From positions 1-36,873 of the forward strand of contig JAYZBQ010000052.1 in the NCBI GenBank assembly GCA_036338695.1: a DNA stretch of 36,873 nt, read 5' to 3'. Every line of letters starts with the position of its first letter. Positions within the stretch are counted from its first letter, which is position 1. This DNA comes from Myxococcota bacterium (GTDB lineage: Bacteria; Myxococcota; UBA4151). Below the pieces are notes generated by a model, which made no database searches, was not told the DNA's origin, and saw only the letters and a list, made by a program, of their open reading frames with translations. The position numbers and the translations under genes are program-made. Below are positions 9,005 through 17,771 of the stretch, piece after piece.

Positions 9005-10372
9005 ATGTCCCACCAACTTGATTTCAAGCGCATCCCGAAGGTTCCGGAGCTGCGTAACCGACTGCTCTTCACGCTGGCGATGCTGGCGGTTTACCGGATC
9101 GGCGTTTACATCTCGATCCCCGGGATGGATCGCGCTGCGATGGCGGATTACCTTGGGCAGAACACGCAGGGCGCTGGCGGCTTTCTGAACATGTTTAACT
9201 TCCTGGCGGGTGGGGCGCTCGAGCAGCTGTCCATCTTTGCGCTCGGGATTATGCCCTACATTACCGCCTCGATTATCCTGCAGATCGCAGGGGTCCTGTA
9301 TCCGCCGCTGGAGCGGATCAAAAAAGAGGGCGAGGCAGGCCGGAAGAAAATCAACCAGCTGACCCGCTACTTCACCTTGGTTTTGGCGCTCGTTCAGGGG
9401 ACGGCGCTTGCGCGTGGTCTGAACGCGCTGACCAATCAAGAGGTGGTGCGCGACACGGGTATGAGTTCGGTGTTTCTGATCGTGCTCACGCTGACCGCTG
9501 GGACGGCCTTCTTGATGTGGCTCGGTGAAGAGATCACCGCCAAGGGCGTCGGCAACGGGATCTCCCTGTTGATCATGGCCGGGATCGTCGCCGGGCTGCC
9601 CTCGGCGACGTACACCACGATCGAGGCTGCGTTTGTGACGCAGAACAACAGTTTTGGACCGGTGAACCTTTTGGTGCTGCTGGGCATCATGCTCGCCATC
9701 GTCGCTGCGATCGTCTACGTCGAGCGCGGGCAACGCCGCCTCCCGGTCCAGTACGCCCGGCGAGCGGTCGGTGGCGGTATGGTCAGCTCCCAGAGCTCGC
9801 ACCTCCCGCTGAAGGTGAACACCTCGGGCGTGATCCCGCCGATCTTCGCAAGCTCTCTGCTGATGTTCCCTGGGATGTTTGCAAGCTACCTCGGGCCGGA
9901 GATGCAGAGCGCTGTGCAAGCCGCCACGGCGCCCGGCACCTGGATCTACAACGTGATCTACACCGTGATGGTGATCTTCTTTGCGTTCTTCTACACCGAC
10001 ATCATGTTCAACCCGGTCGACATGTCGGATAACTTGAAGAAGCAAGGTGGCTTTGTCCCGGGCGTCCGCCCTGGAGCGCCCACGGCCATTCACATCAACT
10101 GGGTACTCAAGCGCGTCACGACCGGCGGTGCGCTCTATCTGGCGGTAGTGTGTTTGGTTCCGTTTGCGGTCACCGAGTGGTTCCCAGGCGTGAACTTCTA
10201 CTTCGGCGGTACCGGCCTCCTCATCGTGGTTGGCGTGGCACTCGACACGGTGATGAAGATTCAGAGCTACCTGATCTCGGCGCAATATGACGAGTTCAGC
10301 GTGGACTCGAGTGATCGCCCCCGACTTTCGGCTCGAATCGACGAGCTCGAAGGCGCGAACAGCCCATCTTAG
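9005..10372 (+). CDS. secY: Preprotein translocase subunit SecY
   Basis: SIFALGIMPYITASII, GVGNGISLLI, GVIPPIFASS, GGTGLLIVVGV; multiple TM segments. Confidence 0.99.
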   Translation: MSHQLDFKRIPKVPELRNRLLFTLAMLAVYRIGVYISIPGMDRAAMADYLGQNTQGAGGFLNMFNFLAGGALEQLSIFALGIMPYITASIILQIAGVLYPPLERIKKEGEAGRKKINQLTRYFTLVLALVQGTALARGLNALTNQEVVRDTGMSSVFLIVLTLTAGTAFLMWLGEEITAKGVGNGISLLIMAGIVAGLPSATYTTIEAAFVTQNNSFGPVNLLVLLGIMLAIVAAIVYVERGQRRLPVQYARRAVGGGMVSSQSSHLPLKVNTSGVIPPIFASSLLMFPGMFASYLGPEMQSAVQAATAPGTWIYNVIYTVMVIFFAFFYTDIMFNPVDMSDNLKKQGGFVPGVRPGAPTAIHINWVLKRVTTGGALYLAVVCLVPFAVTEWFPGVNFYFGGTGLLIVVGVALDTVMKIQSYLISAQYDEFSVDSSDRPRLSARIDELEGANSPS

Positions 10373-10380
10373 GGGAAGCG

Positions 10381-11025
10381 ATGATGTTGGTGCTCATGGG
10401 ACCGCCCGGTGTGGGTAAGGGGACGCAAGCTGCGCTGCTTGAAGCGGAGCTTGGGTTGCCTCAGGTGAGCACCGGAGACCTCTTGCGAGCCGCACGTCGT
10501 GATGGTTCGGACATTGGGATCCAGGCGGCGCGCTTCATGGACAACGGTCAGCTGGTCCCTGACGATTTGGTGGTGGCGTTGATTCGCCGGCGCCTCGATG
10601 AATCGGACGCACGTGGTGGCGCCATCCTGGACGGGTTCCCGAGGACGGTCGATCAGGCACAGGCGCTCCAAGAGATGTTGGCCGGTCAGGATCGACAGGT
10701 CGACCGGGCGGTTTTGTTGACGGTTGACGGGGACGCTGTGGTCAGCCGGATTTTGGGTCGTAGGACCTGCTCATCCTGCCACGCTGTCTTTCACGTTCAG
10801 ACGAACCCACCTGGTGTCGACGGAGTCTGTGATTTCTGTGGTGGACAGCTTGAGAGCCGCTCGGATGATAACGAGGAGGCGATCCGTACGCGCTTGGCCA
10901 CGTATCGGGCCAACACGGAGCCCGTCATCGGATTTTATCGTAGTCAAGGGGTCTTGCGAGAGGTCGATGGTGGCCAGTCGGTCGACCAAGTCTTTGAACG
11001 GCTTCAAGGGGCCCTAAAACACTGA
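10381..11025 (+). CDS. adk: Adenylate kinase with zinc-binding LID
   Basis: P-loop GPPGVGKGTQ, LDGFPRT, CSSC...CDFC in the LID, RSDD. Confidence 0.98.
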   Translation: MMLVLMGPPGVGKGTQAALLEAELGLPQVSTGDLLRAARRDGSDIGIQAARFMDNGQLVPDDLVVALIRRRLDESDARGGAILDGFPRTVDQAQALQEMLAGQDRQVDRAVLLTVDGDAVVSRILGRRTCSSCHAVFHVQTNPPGVDGVCDFCGGQLESRSDDNEEAIRTRLATYRANTEPVIGFYRSQGVLREVDGGQSVDQVFERLQGALKH

Positions 11026-11034
11026 GGTTTTCAT

Positions 11035-11063
11035 TTGCTCGCTTGGTGGCTGCGTGCTAGGCG
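11035..11063 (+). promoter_or_regulatory. Putative promoter for infA-rpmJ-rpsM-rpsK-rpoA-rplQ
   Basis: TTGCTC (11035-11040), 17 nt, extended -10 TG-C-TAGGCG (11055-11063), in the adk-infA gap. Confidence 0.45.
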
Positions 11064-11108
11064 CCGCCGCCTCTACAAGGTGGGCAGGATAAAGGATTAA
11101 CAAAGGGT

Positions 11109-11327
11109 ATGGCGAAAGAAGATACCATCGAGATGGAAGGGAAGGTCGTTGAAGCGCTCCCGAACGCTATGTTTCGGGTCGAGCTCGACAACGGTCACAA
11201 ACTTCTCTGTCACATCTCGGGAAAGATGCGGAAGTTCTATATCCGGATCCTTCCAGGTGATCGAGTGACCTGTGCGGTCTCACCGTATGATCTCACTCGT
11301 GGTCGAATCGTCTACCGCTGGAAATAA
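11109..11327 (+). CDS. infA: Translation initiation factor IF-1
   Basis: [36 protein letters not shown]. Confidence 0.99.
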   Translation: MAKEDTIEMEGKVVEALPNAMFRVELDNGHKLLCHISGKMRKFYIRILPGDRVTCAVSPYDLTRGRIVYRWK

Positions 11328-11341
11328 GGGGAGCAAGTTCG

Positions 11342-11455
11342 ATGAAAGTCAGAGCTTCCGTGAAGAAGATGTGTGAGAAGTGCAAAGTGATTCGCCGGGC
11401 AGGTGTCGTGCGAGTGATTTGCCAAAATCCGCGGCACAAGCAGCGGCAGGGGTAA
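11342..11455 (+). CDS. rpmJ: 50S ribosomal protein L36 (zinc-ribbon form); not in the ORF track
   Basis: Manual translation [37 protein letters not shown]. Confidence 0.98.
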   Translation: MKVRASVKKMCEKCKVIRRAGVVRVICQNPRHKQRQG

Positions 11456-11459
11456 GAAA

Positions 11460-11822
11460 ATGGCACGTATAGCCGGTATTGACCTTCCGCGTTCCAAGCG
11501 GATCGACATTGCGCTGACCTATATCTACGGCATCGGCCGCGTCACCGCGGTGGAGATCCTTGAGAAGGCGAAGATCGACGGGACCACCCGCGTTCACGCG
11601 CTGACCGACCAAGACGTCGTGGACATCCGAAAGGTCATCCAGGACGGATATAAGGTCGAAGGTGACCTTCGGCGTGAGGTTCAGTTGTCGCTCAAGCGAT
11701 TGATGGATCTCGGCTGCTACCGCGGGCTGCGGCATCGTCGCGGACTGCCCGCTCGTGGACAGCGTACCAGCACCAATGCGCGCACCCGCAAGGGTCCTCG
11801 CAAGACGGCAGCGAGGAAGTAA
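11460..11822 (+). CDS. rpsM: 30S ribosomal protein S13
   Basis: [35 protein letters not shown]. Confidence 0.99.
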   Translation: MARIAGIDLPRSKRIDIALTYIYGIGRVTAVEILEKAKIDGTTRVHALTDQDVVDIRKVIQDGYKVEGDLRREVQLSLKRLMDLGCYRGLRHRRGLPARGQRTSTNARTRKGPRKTAARK

Positions 11823-11825
11823 CCG

Positions 11826-12209
11826 ATGGCATATCAAAAAGGTCGCAAGCGCGCGAAACGTGTGGTCCAAAGTGGCGTCGCCCACATCCACTCCACGTTC
11901 AACAACACCATTATCACTATCACCGATGTCCAAGGTCATGTCGTGTGCTGGGCGAGCGGTGGTTCCAAGGCGTTCAAGGGCTCTCGGAAGTCCACGCCGT
12001 TCGCCGCCCAGATGGCGGCAGAAGACTGCATCGCACGCGCCGTCGATATGGGGCTTCGCCAGCTCGAGGTCGAGGTGTGCGGGCCGGGCGCCGGACGCGA
12101 AGCTGCGCTGCGTGCGCTGGCTGCCTCGGGCGTGAAGATCACGACCATCCGCGACGTGACGCCTATTCCTCACAACGGTTGCCGACCGCCCAAGCGCCGT
12201 CGCGTCTGA
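11826..12209 (+). CDS. rpsK: 30S ribosomal protein S11
   Basis: [33 protein letters not shown]. Confidence 0.99.
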   Translation: MAYQKGRKRAKRVVQSGVAHIHSTFNNTIITITDVQGHVVCWASGGSKAFKGSRKSTPFAAQMAAEDCIARAVDMGLRQLEVEVCGPGAGREAALRALAASGVKITTIRDVTPIPHNGCRPPKRRRV

Positions 12210-12222
12210 ACCGGGAGCAAAA

Positions 12223-13239
12223 ATGATTCAGCGAAGTCTTCGCAATTTGGTCAAGCCACGCGGCTTGATGGTCGATCGGGACAGCGTCACCGAGAAGTAC
12301 GGCAAGTTTACCGCCGAGCCGCTTGAGCGTGGCTACGGGCACACGCTGGGTAATGCCCTGCGCCGGATCCTGCTGGGATCGCTCCACGGGTATGCGATCA
12401 CGAGCGCTCGCATCAAGGGCGCGCTCCACGAGTTCACGGCGCTTGAGAACGTCGTCGAAGACGTGACCGACATCGTGCTTAACCTCAAAGAGGTGTGTCT
12501 GCGCCTCGAGGGGAACCACGAGAGCCGAACGCTGCGTGTGCGCGCCGAAGGGCCTTGCGTGGTTACGGCCGCTGATTTTGAGACCGACTCGTCGGTCAAG
12601 GTGCTGAACCCTGAGCACGTTATCTGTCATGTCGCCGAAGGCGGCGTCTTTGACGGTGAGTTTCAGGTGACGGTGGGTAAGGGTTACGTCCCGGCTAAAG
12701 AGCTCGCCGCCGAGAAGGCGCCCGTGGGCACCATCTGGATTGACGCGCTGTACAGCCCTGTCAACAAGGTCAACTTCCGCGTGAGCCACGCCCGCGTCGG
12801 TCAGCGCACTGACTACGACAAGCTGGTGCTCGAGGTGTGGACTGACGGTACGGTCAGCCCGGAAGACGGCGTGGGGATCGCTGCGAAAATCCTCAAAGAG
12901 TACTCGCAACTCTTCATCAACTTCGAAGAGCCCGAGACGCTCGAGTTCGAGATTGAAGAAGAGAGCCAAGAAGAGATCAACGCCAACCTGCTCCGCTCCG
13001 TCGACGAGCTGGAGCTGAGCGTCCGGTCGATGAACTGCCTGCAGACGGCGAACATCAAGCTGATCGGTGATCTCGTGCAGCGCAGTGAAGCGGAGATGCT
13101 CCGCACCAAGAACTTCGGGCGTAAGTCGCTCAAAGAAATCAAAAATGTTCTCGCTGAGATGGGGTTGAGCCTCGGAATGCGCCTGGAAAACTGGCCGCCA
13201 GCGAATCATCCCTCGCTTCAGCCAAGCGCCGACAGCTAG
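12223..13239 (+). CDS. rpoA: DNA-directed RNA polymerase subunit alpha
   Basis: [29 protein letters not shown], alpha-[21 protein letters not shown]. Confidence 0.99.
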   Translation: MIQRSLRNLVKPRGLMVDRDSVTEKYGKFTAEPLERGYGHTLGNALRRILLGSLHGYAITSARIKGALHEFTALENVVEDVTDIVLNLKEVCLRLEGNHESRTLRVRAEGPCVVTAADFETDSSVKVLNPEHVICHVAEGGVFDGEFQVTVGKGYVPAKELAAEKAPVGTIWIDALYSPVNKVNFRVSHARVGQRTDYDKLVLEVWTDGTVSPEDGVGIAAKILKEYSQLFINFEEPETLEFEIEEESQEEINANLLRSVDELELSVRSMNCLQTANIKLIGDLVQRSEAEMLRTKNFGRKSLKEIKNVLAEMGLSLGMRLENWPPANHPSLQPSADS

Positions 13240-13262
13240 GCGAGCAGGGTACGGAGGAAGAC

Positions 13263-13613
13263 ATGCGTCACCGTAAATCAGGCGTAAAGCTCGGTCGGAC
13301 CTCATCGCACCGTAAAGCGATGTTCCGAAACATGACCACCAGTTTGCTGCGTCACGAGGCGATCGTCACGACAGAAGCCAAGGCGAAGGCGTTGCGTGGA
13401 TACGTCGAGCCGTTGATCACGCTCGCTCGCGCGGGCGGGCTCGCCAACATCCGCAAGGCTGAGCGCGACGTGAAGGACAAAGAGATCCTCTCCAAGCTCT
13501 TTGATGAGCTGGGTCCGCGTTACGCAGAGCGTCCGGGTGGCTACACGCGCATTCACAAGCTCGGTGAGCGCAAGGGCGATCGCGCCGCCATGGCGCGTAT
13601 CAGCCTGGTCTAA
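13263..13613 (+). CDS. rplQ: 50S ribosomal protein L17
   Basis: [28 protein letters not shown]. Confidence 0.99.
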   Translation: MRHRKSGVKLGRTSSHRKAMFRNMTTSLLRHEAIVTTEAKAKALRGYVEPLITLARAGGLANIRKAERDVKDKEILSKLFDELGPRYAERPGGYTRIHKLGERKGDRAAMARISLV

Positions 13614-13624
13614 ATCAGTCTGTT

Positions 13625-13690
13625 CGGGTGGGGATCCCACCCGTTGAGACGCTTCAGCCCCGTCGACTGGCGGGGCTGATCGTCTTTTTT
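13625..13690 (+). terminator. Intrinsic terminator of the ribosomal operon, preceded by a second hairpin
   Basis: Hairpin CGGGTGGG-GAT-CCCACCCG (13625-13643), then TCAGCCCCGTC-GACT-GGCGGGGCTGA flanked by AGACG/CGTCT and a T6 tract ending at 13690; lies between convergent rplQ and yggS. Confidence 0.85.
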
Positions 13691-13712
13691 GAGCCGGTAT
13701 CGCTGGCGCCAG

Positions 13713-14381
13713 CTAGGTGGTCTCTTGCCGGGCTCCGAGCAACGCCGATCCGATCCGGACCCAGGTGGCGCCTGCGCCGAGTGCCTCCACGTAATCGCCG
13801 CTGGTACCCATGCTGAGCTCACCGGCGTCTGGCGCAAGATGGTTCGTCGCTTGGAGCTCGTCGCGCAGCCGAGCGAGCGTCTCAAAGGGCCGAAGATCGC
13901 CCCAGCGGTCACGCGGCGGCGGCAGCGCCATGAGGCCGCGTATCTGGACAGAGGTCTCGGCTGCTATGCGCTCGATCGCCTCGCGCAACTCGGCTGGGTC
14001 GACTCCTGCCTTGCTGTGTTCACCGCCGAGTCGCACCTGGACCAAAACCGAGGCGCTCCCAAGCCGGCGTGCGGTTTTGAGCCGATCGACGCTGTGGATG
14101 CGGTGCCAACCCTCGCACAGATGGCGCGTTTTGTTGCTCTGAATACGGCCGATAAAATGCCACCTCGCCTCCGGCATGTGCGCCCACAGGTCCTGCTGAT
14201 CGAGCGCCTCTTGAACGTAGCTGTGAGCAAAGTCGCGCACGCCAAGCGCGTAGGCCGCTTTGATCCGCTCAGGCGGTTGCCGCTTAACCACTGCGATCAA
14301 GCGCGCCGACGCCGCCGCGCACTGCGCTGCGATCGGCTCGACGCGCGGGCGCAGCGACTCGATGGTTTCCGTTCGGCTCAT
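13713..14381 (-). CDS. yggS: YggS/PROSC-family pyridoxal phosphate homeostasis protein
   Basis: LIAVVK (PLP lysine), YVQE, WHFIGRIQSNK, LSMGTSGDY, VRIGSALLG. Confidence 0.92.
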   Translation of the reverse strand: MSRTETIESLRPRVEPIAAQCAAASARLIAVVKRQPPERIKAAYALGVRDFAHSYVQEALDQQDLWAHMPEARWHFIGRIQSNKTRHLCEGWHRIHSVDRLKTARRLGSASVLVQVRLGGEHSKAGVDPAELREAIERIAAETSVQIRGLMALPPPRDRWGDLRPFETLARLRDELQATNHLAPDAGELSMGTSGDYVEALGAGATWVRIGSALLGARQETT

Positions 14382-14944
14382 GAGGGGGTCACTCCGAGTT
14401 CGGCGAGCGCCTCGATGGTCTCGGTGAGGGGTAACCCAACGACGGCGGTGTGCGAGCCCGTGACCGACTCGATGAGGCCGGCGCCAAGACCTTGGATGCC
14501 GTAAGCGCCTGCCTTGTCCATCGGCTCGCCGCTCGCAACGTAGCGCTCGATCTCGGTGCGGCGCAGGCGTCTAAAGTGCACTTCACTGCTTACGGAGAAG
14601 TGGGAGACACCGCCGGGGTGACGAAAGGCCACGGCGGTCGTGACGTGGTGCGTGTTGCCGGCTAAGGCCTCGAGCATGGTGTGGGCATCAGCCGGTGAAC
14701 GGGGTTTTCCAAGACATCGCTCGCCGAGATGGACCACGGTGTCCGCGCTGAGCGTGACGCGTTCAAGGCTCACATCGGGCAGCTTAGCGAGCGCGCTCAG
14801 GATGGCTTGTTGTACGCCGTGACCGGCTGGTGCCAGCGCAGGCTCTGGGCGCGAGCGGACCACCACCACCTCAAAACCAGCCGACTCGAGCAATTGGAGC
14901 CTGCGCGGCGACTGGGAGGCTAATGCTATACTCGGCAGCGACAT
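14378..14944 (-). CDS. maf: Maf-family nucleoside triphosphate pyrophosphatase
   Basis: LASQSPRR..LL, SADTVV, LGKP, DKAGAYGIQG, VVGLP; start placed at ATG 14944; overlaps the yggS start. Confidence 0.93.
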   Translation of the reverse strand: MSLPSIALASQSPRRLQLLESAGFEVVVVRSRPEPALAPAGHGVQQAILSALAKLPDVSLERVTLSADTVVHLGERCLGKPRSPADAHTMLEALAGNTHHVTTAVAFRHPGGVSHFSVSSEVHFRRLRRTEIERYVASGEPMDKAGAYGIQGLGAGLIESVTGSHTAVVGLPLTETIEALAELGVTPS

Positions 14945-14991
14945 AAGCGATGGCCCCCAAATAAACTCGGGCGCGCAGACGCGCCTTCGCG

Positions 14992-15021
14992 TTGACGCCA
15001 TTAGCCGAGTATGGCTAGATA
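14992..15021 (+). promoter_or_regulatory. Putative promoter with overlapping palindrome, upstream of the 15055 gene
   Basis: TTGACG (14992-14997), 18 nt, TAGATA; inverted repeat TAGCC-N6-GGCTA at 15002-15017. Confidence 0.35.
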
Positions 15022-15054
15022 TTGAAGTCCGCTCTCGTTGATGAGGAGGCAAGG

Positions 15055-15795
15055 ATGCCGAACACGATGATGTTCGCCGTAGCTTTGATGCTGGGGCAAG
15101 CACAGGGAATGCAGCCCGCCGCTCCAAGCGCAGGCGCCCGCATCCCGGCGATGATGGCTGAGGCTCAAGAAGCTCAGTTGAGCATGAACCAGGGCATGCG
15201 GCGCACCGTCGACATCCTGCGCGAAGCCCGCCAGGGCTCGGACATCGTTCGGATGAGCTGCGTCAACGAGAAGCTGACCGTGATTAAAGGGATCATCCGG
15301 ATCGCTGAAGATGCGTTTCGTGGATTGACTCAGGCGGGTTCTCGCAATGACGAGGACCAGGCGTCCTACGAGCACAACAAGATCATGATCAGCCGCGATC
15401 GCGTGAACAGCTTGACGGTGCAGGCGGTGAACTGCGTGGGATCGTCGGCGACGGCGACGGGTGAGACCCAAACCAAAGTCGATGAAGCGCGAGCGATCCA
15501 GAATCGGAACGTCCTGGCGACACGGCCTGTGTTCGGCGATAGCCGAAACTGGCAGGACAACGAGGTTGCGCAGACCGAGCCGGACTCGAGCTCGGCAGAG
15601 GGCGGCGATGATGGCGCCTCGGATGACACCGACGGTTCGGGCGCAGCGGGCGTCAGCTCGACCGGCGGCGGGCTGAGCGCCGGCGGAAACGTGGGCGCCC
15701 CCCCGAGCAACGCTGGCGGCGGCGGGGACGTCTCCGGTGGTGGCGGCGGTGGCTCGACTGAACCCCCACGCCCGCCAGCCTCTGCAAGCAACTAG
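15055..15795 (+). CDS. Secreted hypothetical protein: helical domain with a Cys pair and a Gly/Ser/Asp-rich disordered tail
   Basis: AGGAGG SD; hydrophobic N-terminus; amphipathic segment SCVNEKL...AVNCVG; low-complexity tail ending PPRPPASASN. Confidence 0.75.
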   Translation: MPNTMMFAVALMLGQAQGMQPAAPSAGARIPAMMAEAQEAQLSMNQGMRRTVDILREARQGSDIVRMSCVNEKLTVIKGIIRIAEDAFRGLTQAGSRNDEDQASYEHNKIMISRDRVNSLTVQAVNCVGSSATATGETQTKVDEARAIQNRNVLATRPVFGDSRNWQDNEVAQTEPDSSSAEGGDDGASDDTDGSGAAGVSSTGGGLSAGGNVGAPPSNAGGGGDVSGGGGGGSTEPPRPPASASN

Positions 15796-15813
15796 TCAAC
15801 CCAACGCGATGCC

Positions 15814-16764
15814 GTGAGCGCCTCAGTGCGACAACGCACGGCTGCCCTGTGGTTGTTTCGGGCTTGCGTTGTTTTGGGTCTCTTTATCATCCCGTCGCTT
15901 GCGCCGATGACCTGCGTGCACGCCGCGCTGGATCGGCACGACTCAGCGCATCAAGAGCAGATCACAGCGCTCGAGCGGCGGATCAGTCAGCTTGAGCGGC
16001 AGCTCGCTGCTCAGGCGATTCGCTCGGTCGAAGGGCAGAGCAAGACCCAGCCCAAATCACCCAAGAGAATGCAGGAGCAACGTGGCGTCGAGCGACAGCC
16101 AGCGCGCACGGAGCTCAAGCTCCCAGAGGTGTCTGCGCCCCTTGATCCGCTCGCCACACGTATTCACCGCCGGCTGGCGCTCGTCGAGACCGTGATCCGA
16201 TGGCGCCGGCAAGCGGATTCGAGCGTTGAATTGGTCCATCATGGTGCGGGCATGGGAGTGGTCTATGGGGTCGCCGGCGACCTCGTGATCCCGCGACGGC
16301 TCGCAGATCCTTGGGTGGACGATACCTTGCGAAGCCAGCGTGAGCTCGCTCAGCAAAATGGCGGCTCCGCCAGCGTCTTGTTTCGCATCTGGGGGAGCGG
16401 GTTGGCGGTTTTGGGCTCGGCGGGCACGGTCAACGCCCAGAACGCCATGGTGTTCGATCAGCCGCTTAGGACCCAGCGTCTCGGGGATCAGTTGGTTCGA
16501 TTGCAAAATGTTGGCTTTCCGGGCGAAGAGACCGCTCGATCGGGCGCGCTCCAACCGGGCGAGACTGTCCTCGGCTTTCGGTGGCCTGCGCCGATGCGTA
16601 CCGGTCTCCCTGAGCGGACGAACCCCGTCCAGACCGAGCTGGCGTTTGGCGTGATGAGCCCGGGCTGTATTGGGTGCGCACTCTTCGATACCAGCGGTCA
16701 ACTCGTTGGGCACGTCGACGGAATCGGCGCCCACGAGGCGCTGCCGGGGCTGGGGACACCATGA
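15814..16764 (+). CDS. Membrane-anchored or secreted coiled-coil protein with a degenerate trypsin-like domain
   Basis: N-terminal hydrophobic segment, heptad ITALERRISQLERQL, C-terminal PGCIGCALFDTSGQLVG; ATGA overlap with the rnd start; start codon uncertain. Confidence 0.6.
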   Translation: MSASVRQRTAALWLFRACVVLGLFIIPSLAPMTCVHAALDRHDSAHQEQITALERRISQLERQLAAQAIRSVEGQSKTQPKSPKRMQEQRGVERQPARTELKLPEVSAPLDPLATRIHRRLALVETVIRWRRQADSSVELVHHGAGMGVVYGVAGDLVIPRRLADPWVDDTLRSQRELAQQNGGSASVLFRIWGSGLAVLGSAGTVNAQNAMVFDQPLRTQRLGDQLVRLQNVGFPGEETARSGALQPGETVLGFRWPAPMRTGLPERTNPVQTELAFGVMSPGCIGCALFDTSGQLVGHVDGIGAHEALPGLGTP

Positions 16765-17771
16765 AGTGGATTGATCGCCAAGACGACCTGAAGAACCTTA
16801 TCCACGACGTGCAGCCGGACGCGCTCTGGATCGACACCGAATACGACAACCAGCGGTATTTTTCGCCCCGCCTGGCGCTGGTACAGATCGCTTGGTCGAA
16901 CGGCGTTGCGGTGCTCGATCCGCTCGAGGTGGACCTCTCGATACTCAATGGTTGGGGGGGCGCCTGGTACAGCCACGATGGGACGCATGACTGGTTGCTG
17001 CTGGCGCAAGCGGGCTGGCGTCCGCCGAGTGCGTGCTTGGATACGCAGATCGCCGCCCGGCTGCTTGGTTATGAACGCTTTGGGTTGGCGGCTCTTGTCG
17101 AGGATGTGTTGGGTGTTGCGATCGATAAGACGGAGCAGCGTAGCGATTGGCTCCGCAGGCCCTTGACCGATGAGCAGCGGCGTTATGCTGAAGGGGACGT
17201 GGTGCATTTGCGCTCGCTGACGGCGGTCTTTGAAGAGGCGTTGCGCGCCAAGGCACTCGAGACGGCTTGGGCCGAGGAGTCAGCGCATGTGCTCGCTCGT
17301 GGGGAGCGCCTACTTGAGCGACAGCCCAAGGCTTTTACTAAAATTAAGGACCTTCGGCGCGCTCGCCCCGAGGTGTGGGGGCGCGCTCAAGCGATCCTGG
17401 CGTGGCGTTTCGAGCAAGCCAAGGCACAAAACATCCCCGAATTCCGTGTCATGAACGATCACCTTGTTGCGCGGATGGCTTGGGGGAAGATTCGGCCACG
17501 AGATCGGAGTTTGGCGCTCGCGCTTAAGGCAGCAGAGCCTTGCCCTTGGCCGGCGCGCCCCGAGACGAAGGAGCGCTCCAAAAAGCTCGAGAAGGCGCTT
17601 AAAGCTTGGCGACAGGAGCAAGCAGAGGCGCTGCCGATGGACCTCTCCATGGTTCTGCCGACGCGCTGCATTGAGCGCATCGCTCAAGGTGAGGATTGGC
17701 GCAGTCTGGACGAGTTAGCGGGTTGGCGCTCGGAGCGTTTTGCAGACAGCCTGGACCAGGCGGTCAGTTAA
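16761..17771 (+). CDS. rnd: Ribonuclease D (DEDDy 3'-5' exonuclease with HRDC domains)
   Basis: IDTE, LALVQIA, DTQIAARLLG, QRSDWLRRPLT, YAEGDV; two HRDC-like WR..A segments. Confidence 0.9.
   Translation: MKWIDRQDDLKNLIHDVQPDALWIDTEYDNQRYFSPRLALVQIAWSNGVAVLDPLEVDLSILNGWGGAWYSHDGTHDWLLLAQAGWRPPSACLDTQIAARLLGYERFGLAALVEDVLGVAIDKTEQRSDWLRRPLTDEQRRYAEGDVVHLRSLTAVFEEALRAKALETAWAEESAHVLARGERLLERQPKAFTKIKDLRRARPEVWGRAQAILAWRFEQAKAQNIPEFRVMNDHLVARMAWGKIRPRDRSLALALKAAEPCPWPARPETKERSKKLEKALKAWRQEQAEALPMDLSMVLPTRCIERIAQGEDWRSLDELAGWRSERFADSLDQAVS

Noticed and set aside
314..13640. Many antisense or alternate-frame ORFs over the ribosomal operon (e.g. 314-1303, 8495-10285, 12163-13305)
   Set aside because: They overlap unambiguous conserved genes and encode nothing recognisable; none resembles L3, S4 or Map
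13689..14504. 271-aa + strand ORF after the terminator
   Set aside because: Antisense to the well-supported yggS and maf genes
14945..15127. Longer upstream starts in the ORF track for maf (and similarly rpsH, rpsE, rpmD, rnd, the rhomboid, the HEXXH peptidase, the LEA gene and the RHH gene)
   Set aside because: The extensions overlap neighbouring genes or promoters and lack family similarity; downstream ATGs fit the family N-termini or SD sites better
15580..15760. GGC-rich low-complexity DNA
   Set aside because: It encodes the Gly/Ser linker of the 15055 protein; no regular repeat-spacer structure, so not a CRISPR array or mobile repeat
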